Shown: in pieces, positions 10,424-19,739 of the stretch
Layout: each line of letters starts with the position of its first letter
Numbering within the stretch: the first letter of the stretch is position 1
Assembly: GCA_048939015.1 (NCBI GenBank)
Contig: JBHLPW010000002.1
Coordinates: 1 to 64,000, forward strand
Length of the DNA: 64,000 bases
Direction of reading: 5' to 3'
Source: Promethearchaeota archaeon
GTDB lineage: Archaea; Asgardarchaeota; Lokiarchaeia; Sigyniarchaeales; SOKP01
The notes under the pieces: generated by a model
The model's database searches: none
What the model was told of the DNA's origin: nothing
The model's input: only the letters and a program-made list of their open reading frames with translations
Position numbers and translations under genes: made by a program

Positions 10424-10903
10424 TTAATTATTTTTTTTATTATTAATTAAAAATTCAATAAAATGATTAGAGTAATTCTTTATTAATTCAAGCGTTTCAT
10501 CTTCTATTTTCAATTCTACTTTATTTAAATTTAAGCGCAGTACTGGTGGATAAACTATTTTAGCTTTTACATTGTCTTGAAGAAATTCACTCCAGAAAGG
10601 TTCAACCCCAAAATCGGTTAATGTAACATAAAAACCTGATACAGCCTTAACAATGAGATTATCTCCTTTTGAAATTTCTCTATACTTTTGCAACCAATTC
10701 TGAATTTCCAAACTTGGGGCGGTTTTACTTATAACATCTCCAATAATCAAATATTCTAATTCTCCTTCAACCAAGAAAGCAGGATCAATCTGTTTAGCAT
10801 TTCCTACTGACACATCAATGCAATCTTTCAAATGATCCTGAAGTATCTCAGCAATAAATCTTGAGAATCCAATTCTTTCCTTATATATTATCCATAATTT
10901 CAC
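10424..10903 (-). CDS. Hypothetical protein, degenerate flavodoxin-like fold
   Basis: LWIIY...GFSRFIAEILQ...YLIIG pattern resembles the flavodoxin beta-alpha units. Confidence 0.5.
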   Translation of the reverse strand: MKLWIIYKERIGFSRFIAEILQDHLKDCIDVSVGNAKQIDPAFLVEGELEYLIIGDVISKTAPSLEIQNWLQKYREISKGDNLIVKAVSGFYVTLTDFGVEPFWSEFLQDNVKAKIVYPPVLRLNLNKVELKIEDETLELIKNYSNHFIEFLINNKKNN

Positions 10904-10964
10904 TTTTATTTACCTGATTATTTAAAAAAAAATTATAATAAAAAATAATAAAAAAAAATTTGAA

Positions 10965-11606
10965 TTATTCCTTAATTAATAGAACAGCAAGGATTAGTAT
11001 CCATGTTTGATAGGCATATATAGTAATCCGTTCAAACAATCCAAGCATTTCAATGTTATTTGCAGTCAATACTCCCGTTAAAACACCACATATAACCATA
11101 GTAATTACTGTAATTATTGAATAAATTATAAATAATTTCCACTGTTTCTCCTTGTAAAGACCTATCCCAATCATAGGAATAGCTAATACAATCAGTGCGA
11201 TATTCACATATGTTAGATACTGATGCATATTACCGGCAAAGGTCGCATCTTCGCCAAAAGGATCCATTGGGAAAATGGTTCCTGTCAAGGCTGAGAGAAT
11301 TCCCAAAGAAATGATGAAGATTCCCCCTAAAAATATTGCTTTACTAGTTTTAAAGTTGTAATGTGCAACTAATCCAATTCCAAATATTATTAGTCCAATT
11401 GCGGCAATCAAGAACAATGAACTTAATAAAACAGCGTTCTCAGCACCAGCTTGAGTCAATTCACTAACAGCATGTATTACTTGACTATAGCCCGGTGTTA
11501 TTATTGTTCCTATAATATCGTTCAGCAAAAATACAATAGGTCCAATGATGCCTCCTAAATATAATTTTTTCATAGTTTTTTCTTTCAATACTTTCACCTT
11601 TTTCAT
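10965..11606 (-). CDS. DUF998-family membrane protein
   Basis: PGYSQVIHAVSEL, FPMDP, ..MH.. and GLFERI motifs with about 6 TM helices. Confidence 0.78.
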   Translation of the reverse strand: MKKVKVLKEKTMKKLYLGGIIGPIVFLLNDIIGTIITPGYSQVIHAVSELTQAGAENAVLLSSLFLIAAIGLIIFGIGLVAHYNFKTSKAIFLGGIFIISLGILSALTGTIFPMDPFGEDATFAGNMHQYLTYVNIALIVLAIPMIGIGLYKEKQWKLFIIYSIITVITMVICGVLTGVLTANNIEMLGLFERITIYAYQTWILILAVLLIKE

Positions 11607-11874
11607 TTTTTTTAATTGTTAAATTTACTTATGTTTGGTGCTCTAATAAGAGCATGTTCACTAATAGGGAAAAAATTTAACAACATTTCTTAATATAGAA
11701 CAAATTTAAGGAATGTAATTATAAGATAATTAGAATAAGATTCTATAATGATAAAAAAATCAAAAAAAAAGAATATCATAAAATTTTCAACTCGAAAGGT
11801 TAAAGTTAGTGACTGAAAATATCAAAATTTATTCCATTTGGTTGAATTTTGAAAATAGAATTTATCTTATTATT

Positions 11875-12759
11875 TCATTTAGTTCTAAGTAATTGATCCA
11901 CCCAACAATCATAATAATTTCCATATAATACAATCCGTGGAGTTATATTCTTAAATCCTTCGGTTTGCAGTTCTTCCTGAATTTTTTGTGCATCTCTTGA
12001 AGTTTTAGCCCATGTATGCATTGTAAAAAAATTTGGAATATTACTATAACTTATACAATAAGCAACATTATGAGAATATTTTTGGTAAATGTATTGAATT
12101 GTAGAATTTATATCAGTTTCTTCATGTAAAGATAGATGAAAAACTGTGATAAAACTGTTTTCTGCTTTAGGAGTCCATTCAATAGTAAATGAAACTAAAT
12201 TATTCTCAATCATTCTATCTAATCGTTTTCGAACTGTTTGTGCAGAAATCCCAACATCATCAGCAATATCTGTTATTGGTTTCCTTGAATCTCTATTTAG
12301 AGACTTTAATATTTTAAAATCAATAGTAGTTAGTTGTTCTGGTAAAGTTAAATAGGGAGTATTTATGATTCCTATAGTTGGTTCACTAATTTGGCTCGTT
12401 CTTGAGACATAGCTAGTAAAATCTTGAAGTTCTGAAATATTTCTTAAATAAGCAACAATATAGAGAAATTTACCCCCTGCAATAGCAATAAAATAAATGT
12501 TCTCATGTTGTCCTAGTTCTTTGCTCACATCATCTATTGATTTTCCATTAGATGTACCATAAACCACAACCCATAGACTTTTTAATGCTAAAATACTTGG
12601 TCTTGCAATAAAAGCATTGATCGTCCCATCCTCTACAAGATTTTTTATTCGTTTATGTATAGCGCTGACTGACATATCGAATATATCAGCTAATTCTCTA
12701 TATGTCAAGCGAGAGTTTTCCATTAGTTTTCTAATGATTATTAAGTCAATTTCATCCAT
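11875..12759 (-). CDS. Tandem-domain Lrp/AsnC transcriptional regulator
   Basis: Two HTH units: MDEIDLIIIRKLMENSRLTYRELA and IDFKILKSLNRDSRKPITDIA. Confidence 0.9.
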   Translation of the reverse strand: MDEIDLIIIRKLMENSRLTYRELADIFDMSVSAIHKRIKNLVEDGTINAFIARPSILALKSLWVVVYGTSNGKSIDDVSKELGQHENIYFIAIAGGKFLYIVAYLRNISELQDFTSYVSRTSQISEPTIGIINTPYLTLPEQLTTIDFKILKSLNRDSRKPITDIADDVGISAQTVRKRLDRMIENNLVSFTIEWTPKAENSFITVFHLSLHEETDINSTIQYIYQKYSHNVAYCISYSNIPNFFTMHTWAKTSRDAQKIQEELQTEGFKNITPRIVLYGNYYDCWVDQLLRTK

Positions 12760-12998
12760 TTCTCTTCCTAGAAACTTAATTAATTTTCTTAAATAAAATT
12801 TTTCTCATTAATCTAACTTTTTTAAAGCTTAAAAGGTGTTTCCAGAATAAAATAGTTTTATTAGGAAAATATTGTGCTTTATTAATTTCACAGAAGCTTA
12901 TAATTATGAACCATCAACAAAATTTTAATATCTTCCAAATCTTTAATTTAAAACTATTGCTATAAAACTTAAATTTATAATCTTAAAATAGAACCTTG

Positions 12999-15083
12999 AT
13001 GGAATTTATAACAAAACATCCTATTTTAGACATACCAGAAAGAAAAAAGGTAACTTTTAGTTTTGATGGCAAAAATTTAATAGGGTTTGAAGGAATGGTT
13101 ATATCTTCTGCACTTTTTTTGAATAAAATAAAAGTATTTGGTCATCATGTAAAAGATAATAGCCCCCAAGGTATTTTTTGTGCTAATGGACAATGTGCTC
13201 AATGCAATGTTATTGTTAATAATATTCCAGTAAAAGCATGCATGACACCTCTTAAAGAGGGCATGATAATAGAAAGATGTAATGGATTGCCAGAATTACC
13301 TCCTGAAGATAATGCTGTGAACGTTGAAGATTCTGAAATTATCGATACAGAGGTCCTCATAATTGGGGCAGGTCCCGCAGGTTTATCAGCAGCAAAAATC
13401 TTAGGAGAAAGAAAAATAAATATTATTTTAATTGATGATAAAGCTGAGCTTGGAGGTAAACTTGTGCTTCAAACACATAAATTTTTTGGATCCCAAAAAG
13501 ATGTTTATGCAGGTAAGCGGGGTATAGATATTGCGAAAATTTTGGGGAGTTCTGTAAGATCTTTTATGAATGTAAGTATCTGGTTAAATTCGGTTTGTTT
13601 AGCAGTATTCAGTGATGGGTTAGTTGGCATTTTAAAGGAAAATAAAGAATATGCATTAATTAAACCTAAATATTTATTAATTGCAACTGGTGCCAGAGAA
13701 AAAATGTTAGTTTTCCCAGGAAATACTCTACCTGGCGTTTATGGTGCTGGAGCTTTTCAAACTTTGGTTAATCGCGACTTGATAAAAGCATCTGAAAAAG
13801 TATTCATCGTAGGTGGAGGTAATGTGGGTTTGATAGCGGGATATCATGCAATTCAAGCAGGGATAGAAGTTATAGGTTTAATAGAAGCATTACCTCAATG
13901 CGGTGGATACAAAGTCCATGAAGATAAACTTAGAAGACTAGGAGTTCCAATTCTTACTAATCATACTATTGTTTCCGCTAATGGTGAAAAAAGTGTAGAA
14001 TCGATAACAATTGCTGAAATAGATAAAGATTTTAATACAGTTTCTGGAACTGAAAAGACTTACGCTTGTGATACAATTTTGATCGCAGTAGGTCTAAATC
14101 CTGTAGATGAATTTTATCAAAAAGCAAAAGAATTTGGTTTTAAGGTCTGGATAGCCGGTGATGCTCAGGAAATTGCAGAAGCTTCTGCTGCCATATTTAC
14201 AGGAAAGATCGAAGCCTTAAAGATTCTTAAGGAAATGGGGATTAATATTTCAGAAGATATTAGCAAATTAGAAGATTTTGCTGAAGTAATGAAGGCAAAA
14301 CCACCCCATCCTGTTGATATAGATATTAAATTCAAGGAAGAAGGAGTTTATCCTGTATTTTATTGTACTCAAGAGATTCCCTGTAATCCATGCACTACTG
14401 TATGTGACCAAGAACAAATTGAGACATTTGATGATTTAATTACCCAATTACCATATTTTAAAGGTGAAAAAGATTGTATTGGGTGTGGAAAGTGTGTTGC
14501 TGTCTGTCCCGGCTTAGCAGTTGTTTTAATTGATTATCGAAAAGATAAAAATAATCCACTAGTTACTTTTCCTTTTGAACTTTCTAATGAGAAATTAGAG
14601 AAAGGGCAAAAAGTTGAAGTTGTAAGTAATGTTAAGGAATTGGGTACCTATGAAATACATAGGGCTCGAATATTAAAAGATTTCCCAAAAACTCAGTTAA
14701 TAACTATTAAAATGCCTTCTGAAATTGCACAACACGCTACAGCAATTAAACTTTTTGAAACTAAATATAGTGAACCAATAGATTACTACCAAAAACCAAT
14801 TACAGATGACGAGACTATAGTATGTAGATGTGAACGTGTCTCTGTAGGGGAAATTCGAAGGTGGATACGTTCTGGGGTTAAAGATTTCAACGAATTAAAA
14901 GCTCTAACTAAAGTAGGGATGGGAGCTTGTGGAGGTAAAACTTGTACTCCTTTAATTGAAAGAATATTCCGAGAGGAAGGTGTTGCAATAGAAGAAATAA
15001 CAGCGGGAACAAAACGACCATTATTTATAGAAGTTCCTATGGGAATATTTGCTAATGCCAAAAATAAAAAGGAGGGACTGTAG
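12999..15083 (+). CDS. Proline dehydrogenase/sarcosine oxidase alpha-like FAD/NAD(P) oxidoreductase with 2Fe-2S, 4Fe-4S and BFD-like domains
   Basis: FCANGQCAQC (2Fe-2S), IIGAGPAGL, ATGARE, CNPCTTVC and CIGCGKCVAVCPG (4Fe-4S), VCRCE...GMGACGGKTC (BFD-like). Confidence 0.85.
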   Translation: MEFITKHPILDIPERKKVTFSFDGKNLIGFEGMVISSALFLNKIKVFGHHVKDNSPQGIFCANGQCAQCNVIVNNIPVKACMTPLKEGMIIERCNGLPELPPEDNAVNVEDSEIIDTEVLIIGAGPAGLSAAKILGERKINIILIDDKAELGGKLVLQTHKFFGSQKDVYAGKRGIDIAKILGSSVRSFMNVSIWLNSVCLAVFSDGLVGILKENKEYALIKPKYLLIATGAREKMLVFPGNTLPGVYGAGAFQTLVNRDLIKASEKVFIVGGGNVGLIAGYHAIQAGIEVIGLIEALPQCGGYKVHEDKLRRLGVPILTNHTIVSANGEKSVESITIAEIDKDFNTVSGTEKTYACDTILIAVGLNPVDEFYQKAKEFGFKVWIAGDAQEIAEASAAIFTGKIEALKILKEMGINISEDISKLEDFAEVMKAKPPHPVDIDIKFKEEGVYPVFYCTQEIPCNPCTTVCDQEQIETFDDLITQLPYFKGEKDCIGCGKCVAVCPGLAVVLIDYRKDKNNPLVTFPFELSNEKLEKGQKVEVVSNVKELGTYEIHRARILKDFPKTQLITIKMPSEIAQHATAIKLFETKYSEPIDYYQKPITDDETIVCRCERVSVGEIRRWIRSGVKDFNELKALTKVGMGACGGKTCTPLIERIFREEGVAIEEITAGTKRPLFIEVPMGIFANAKNKKEGL

Positions 15084-16250
15084 ATGGTTGAATATGATGT
15101 AGTAATTATTGGAGCGGGTAGTGTGGGCGTACCTACAGCATTAGCTGCGGCAAATGAAGGACTTAAAACCGTAGTGATTGACTTTTTACCATCAGTAGCA
15201 CAAGCTGATAACAAACATGCTATAGGTGGTATAAGAGCGACTCATTCTCATAAAGGTAAAATTTGGCTTTGTCAAAGATCATTAGAAATTTTCTCTAGTT
15301 GGGAAGAAACATACGGTGATGACATTTGGTGGTCTCAAGGAGGTTATACATTCTTAGCATATACAAAAGAACATGAAGAATTATTAAGGGATACTGTAAA
15401 ACTTCAAAAAAGTTATGGTTTAAATATTAATTATGTTGATGCTGAGAAAATACAAGAATTAATCCCAGGAATTAGTAATGATGGATTATTGGGAGGTACA
15501 TATAGCCCTGAAGATGGTAATGCTTCACCGTTATTATCATTACACGCTTTTTTTAGACGGTCAAAAGATTTAGGAGTAATTTACCAATTCAATGAAAAAG
15601 TTATAGATATATTATTGGAAGACAATAAAATTGTTGGTGTCAAAACCACTAAAGATAATTATAAAACCCAATCAATTATTAACGCCGCAGGAGCTCATGC
15701 TAAAAGTATTGGAGATATGGTTGGAATAAATACACCTGTAAAACCAGAATCACATGAAGCTGGGATAACAGAACCAGTAAAAAAATTCTTTTCACCTATG
15801 ATTGTGGATATCAGACCATGTTCTGATCCAAAATTTGGGAATTCTAAAAATTATTACTTTTATCAAAATAAAGAAGGTAAAATTTTATTTTGCTTAACTC
15901 CTGAACCGAATATCCCTGGAAAAGATCGTAGAGAAAATAGTTCTTTTTTACCTCAAATATCAAAAAGAATGATACAACTTTTACCACGCTTGAGGAATAT
16001 TAAAGTTAGACGAACCTGGCGTGGTTTATATCCTATGACTCCGGATGGAAATCCAATTGTAGGAAAAGTAAATGAAATTAAGGGATATATCAACGCTGTC
16101 GGAATGTGTGGTCAAGGCTTCATGTTAGGACCGGGTTTAGGAGAACTTCTAAGTAGGCTTCTAGCAGAAAAAACTAATTCAAAAGATAAGGAAATTTTAG
16201 ATACTCTTTCATATACTCGCAATTTTGGTGTTGAAGAAGAATTAAAATAA
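15084..16250 (+). CDS. DAO-family FAD oxidoreductase, proline dehydrogenase/sarcosine oxidase beta-like subunit
   Basis: VVIIGAGSVG, INAAGAHA, RTWRGLYPMTPDGNPIVG and GQGFMLGPG motifs. Confidence 0.88.
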   Translation: MVEYDVVIIGAGSVGVPTALAAANEGLKTVVIDFLPSVAQADNKHAIGGIRATHSHKGKIWLCQRSLEIFSSWEETYGDDIWWSQGGYTFLAYTKEHEELLRDTVKLQKSYGLNINYVDAEKIQELIPGISNDGLLGGTYSPEDGNASPLLSLHAFFRRSKDLGVIYQFNEKVIDILLEDNKIVGVKTTKDNYKTQSIINAAGAHAKSIGDMVGINTPVKPESHEAGITEPVKKFFSPMIVDIRPCSDPKFGNSKNYYFYQNKEGKILFCLTPEPNIPGKDRRENSSFLPQISKRMIQLLPRLRNIKVRRTWRGLYPMTPDGNPIVGKVNEIKGYINAVGMCGQGFMLGPGLGELLSRLLAEKTNSKDKEILDTLSYTRNFGVEEELK

Positions 16251-16273
16251 AAATGTAAATTAATGTGTTCTTT

Positions 16274-17896
16274 ATGGATTTTGATATAATAATTAGAAAT
16301 GGGAAAATTATTAATGGAAAAGGAGATCCATTATATCAAGGGGAAATTGGCATAAAAGATGGGAAAATAGTAAAAATTAATAAAAAAGTAGAAGGTAATG
16401 CAGAAAGAGAGATTAATGCTTCAGGGATGATAATCTGTCCAGGTTTCATCGATATGCATTCTCATACCGATTTTATCTTGCCAATTTTGAATAAGGTAGA
16501 GTCGTTCATTCGCCAAGGGATAACAACAAACGTTATCGGAATGTGTGGAAATAGTTTTGCTCCAATTCATCCGGATCGAGAGGAAGAATTTCGAAAGTTC
16601 TATGCAAGAACAATACCACTTTATGAAGATTATGTTTTTACATGGAATACTTTTAGGGAATATCTTGATAAAATGGAAAAAGACCGGTGCACGATTAATA
16701 TAGTACCTGTTGTTGGATTTGAAAATATTAGAATTGCTGGTGGTCCGGGATATGAGAATCGTCCGCCAACTCAGAAAGAACTTATAAGTATGAAGGAATA
16801 TGTTACAGAAGCAATGGAAGCAGGAGCTTTTGGAATGAGCACAGGACTTATTTATGCACCTCAAGTTTATGCAAAAACTGAAGAAATAATAGAAGTAGCA
16901 AAAGTTCTTTCTCAATATAATGGACTCTATTTTTCTCATATACGTGGTGAAGGAGAGTATATTATTGATGCCATTAATGAAGTAATTGAAATTGTAGAAA
17001 AATCAAAATGTAGGGGAGGTCATATAGCACACCATAAGATATCAGGAAAAGCCTATTGGGGGAAAAGTAAAGATACACTAAAACTTATTGAAGATGCTAA
17101 TAAGCGAGGGATTAGTATTACATATGATCAATATCCATATAATAGAGGATTCACTTCTCTGACAGCATTACTCCCTCCATGGGTTCATGAAGGTGGTCCC
17201 GATGACTTACTTGAGCGAATAAAGCAAAAATCCTATCAAGAGAGAATAAAGGAAGATACAAATAAAGGGATTCAAGGATGGGAAAATTTTATCGGAAAAA
17301 ATGGGTTTGAAAGTATATATATCTCATCTGTAGTATCAGAAAAATGGAAAGATATTGAAGGTAAAAATCTAACTGAAATTTCAACAATAAAAGGATTGAA
17401 AGATGAATGGGAAACATTATTTTCAATTATTATTGATGATGAGGGAGGTTCCACAATAACAGTTGAATCGATGAGTGAAGAGGATATCCAAAGAATCATG
17501 ACAGGAAGATATCACATGGTTGGTACTGATGGATTAGGGATTCCTTATAACCCAAATCTTGGAAAATATCATCCACGATTTTATGGAACATATCCTAGAA
17601 TTTTAGGGAAGTACGTTCGAGAAGAAAAAATTTTAGCTTTAGAAGATGCAATTCGAAGAATGACTTCTTTCCCTGCGACAAGATTGGGAATTCCAGATCG
17701 TGGTATAATAAAAGAAAATTTTTGGGCTGACATTGTTATTTTTAATCAAGAGACTATAATAGATAAAGCCACATTTGAAAATCCTCATCAATTTCCTGAA
17801 GGAATTCCATATGTTATTGTAAATGGTGTTATTGTTGTTGATAATAATAAACAAAAGAGAAAATTTCCAGGAAAAATATTACGACGAACTTTATGA
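16274..17896 (+). CDS. N-acyl-D-amino-acid deacylase (D-aminoacylase, amidohydrolase family)
   Basis: PGFIDMHSHTD, GMCG, STGLIYAP, SHIRGE and HPRFYGTYPRILG motifs. Confidence 0.9.
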   Translation: MDFDIIIRNGKIINGKGDPLYQGEIGIKDGKIVKINKKVEGNAEREINASGMIICPGFIDMHSHTDFILPILNKVESFIRQGITTNVIGMCGNSFAPIHPDREEEFRKFYARTIPLYEDYVFTWNTFREYLDKMEKDRCTINIVPVVGFENIRIAGGPGYENRPPTQKELISMKEYVTEAMEAGAFGMSTGLIYAPQVYAKTEEIIEVAKVLSQYNGLYFSHIRGEGEYIIDAINEVIEIVEKSKCRGGHIAHHKISGKAYWGKSKDTLKLIEDANKRGISITYDQYPYNRGFTSLTALLPPWVHEGGPDDLLERIKQKSYQERIKEDTNKGIQGWENFIGKNGFESIYISSVVSEKWKDIEGKNLTEISTIKGLKDEWETLFSIIIDDEGGSTITVESMSEEDIQRIMTGRYHMVGTDGLGIPYNPNLGKYHPRFYGTYPRILGKYVREEKILALEDAIRRMTSFPATRLGIPDRGIIKENFWADIVIFNQETIIDKATFENPHQFPEGIPYVIVNGVIVVDNNKQKRKFPGKILRRTL

Positions 17897-18002
17897 ACCA
17901 CTTAATTGAATTTTATAATCTTCAATAAAATAGCTCATCTGATTTATATCTAATCTTTCTTTTTAATAATTAATTAATATTAAAAATTCTAAGGGAATTA
18001 AA

Positions 18003-18935
18003 ATGGTTCGACATTTACTAAAAATCTCTGATTTTTCTAAAGAAGAGTGTGAGACAGTTATTAATAAAGCAATTGAGATTAAAAAAAATCCCAAAAAATT
18101 TAGTTCCATATTAGAAGGAGAGACATTATTAATGTTATTTGAGAAACCTTCTTTAAGAACTCGCATTTCTTTCGAAACTGGCATGCAACAATTAGGTGGT
18201 CATGCGATCTTTTACTCCATAAAAGATTCACCATTAGGTAAAAAGGAAAATATTTCTGATACTGCAAAGGTGGCTTCTAGATTTGTAAACATAATTGCTG
18301 CGCGTGTTTTTAAACGACAAGATATCTGGGATTTAGCTAAATATGCCGATGTGCCAGTTATTAATATGCTTGATGATTTTGCTCACCCATGTCAAATCCT
18401 TGGAGATTTTCAGACAATTAAAGAGAAAAAGGGAACGTTAGAAAATATGAAACTCTCATATTATGGTGATGCCTATAATAATGTTACCTATGATTTAATG
18501 CGGATGTGTGCGATGTTAGGGTGGAGAATGGATGTAGCGTGTCCTAATTCAAAAGTCTATTCACCAGAGCAAGTTGTTTTAGATGAAGTTTTAGAGATAT
18601 CTAAGAATACTGGTGCAAATGTAAGAGTAATTAATGATGCTATGCAAGCAGCTAAGGAAGCTGATGTAATATACACTGATTCATGGATGAGTTATGGAAT
18701 ACCACAAGACCAAGAAGAAGAACGGAAAAAAGCTTTTATGCCATTTCAAGTTACATCATCAATCTTAGAAACCGCAAAATCAGATGTAGTTTTTATGAAT
18801 TGTTTGCCAGCTATGAGAGAATATGAACAAACTGCTGAAGTAATTGATGGTCCTCATTCAATTGTATTCGATCAAGCAGAAAATAGATTACATATCCAAA
18901 AAGCAATAATGCTCTTTTTAAGAGATAAGTTTTAG
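18003..18935 (+). CDS. arcB: Ornithine carbamoyltransferase, probably catabolic
   Basis: FEKPSLRTR, HPCQ, YTDSWMSY, FMNCLPA and FDQAENRLH motifs. Confidence 0.9.
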   Translation: MVRHLLKISDFSKEECETVINKAIEIKKNPKKFSSILEGETLLMLFEKPSLRTRISFETGMQQLGGHAIFYSIKDSPLGKKENISDTAKVASRFVNIIAARVFKRQDIWDLAKYADVPVINMLDDFAHPCQILGDFQTIKEKKGTLENMKLSYYGDAYNNVTYDLMRMCAMLGWRMDVACPNSKVYSPEQVVLDEVLEISKNTGANVRVINDAMQAAKEADVIYTDSWMSYGIPQDQEEERKKAFMPFQVTSSILETAKSDVVFMNCLPAMREYEQTAEVIDGPHSIVFDQAENRLHIQKAIMLFLRDKF

Positions 18936-18990
18936 ATACCTATTTAGAGATCTATAGATTTTGATTTAAAATTATTAAATATAATTAATC

Positions 18991-19368
18991 TTAAGAAATT
19001 AAAAATTGAATTAATACGATTAATAATATACATCCTGCAATTCCAAGAGGGATACCCGAGGGTAATCCATATCCTAAAGTCTTTTTATCTTGATTCTTAA
19101 TAAACATAATTAAATGAGCTAAAGCATTACCGATACTCATAAAAACAGTATAAAACGCAGCATAATAACCAATAGTGTTTTTAAAATAGAGAAGAAGAAT
19201 AACGAAATAATTTAGTAAAACTAATATTGAAGCCGCAAGAAAATATTTTTTCTTGGAAACTTTACCTTTCATAATATTATAGGCTTCGAGATGTATCTCC
19301 TCAAAGATATGTATTATTTGCAGAAATGAGGTTATTAAAACCATAATGAAAACAAAAAGTTCAACCAT
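18991..19368 (-). CDS. HXXEE-domain small membrane protein
   Basis: HIFEE motif, NALAH, 4 TM helices. Confidence 0.65.
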   Translation of the reverse strand: MVELFVFIMVLITSFLQIIHIFEEIHLEAYNIMKGKVSKKKYFLAASILVLLNYFVILLLYFKNTIGYYAAFYTVFMSIGNALAHLIMFIKNQDKKTLGYGLPSGIPLGIAGCILLIVLIQFLIS

Positions 19369-19739
19369 AGTAATATACAGCTTTCATAATTTATAAAATG
19401 GAGTGAAATTAACTTCTTTTCTTATTAGTATTTAAGCTTTCCATATTATTCGAACTTCTCGATAAGTTATGTAGCAAGAACTATATATTGAAGTATATCT
19501 ATATTAAAATTAACTAAAAAACCTTAAAAAAACAAACAAGAGGTAAAATAAAATGAATATAAAAAAATTGGAAAAAGCCAAACTTAAGAATAGTTCACAA
19601 ATCTCCTCGATTTCTCGATATGTAATTTTTTAAATTTTTTTTTTTTTTTCTTTATTTTAGTATTCACTTTTATTCTATTAGATTTTTATAGAAAGTGAGA
19701 ATAATATCCATAATATTGAACTATATAGAAATTTTGAAA

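Noticed and set aside
15081-15086. The TAG of the alpha subunit directly abuts the in-frame ATG of the beta subunit, suggesting a readthrough fusion
   Set aside because: A GGAGGG ribosome-binding site precedes the ATG and both subunits look complete; ordinary translational coupling explains it.
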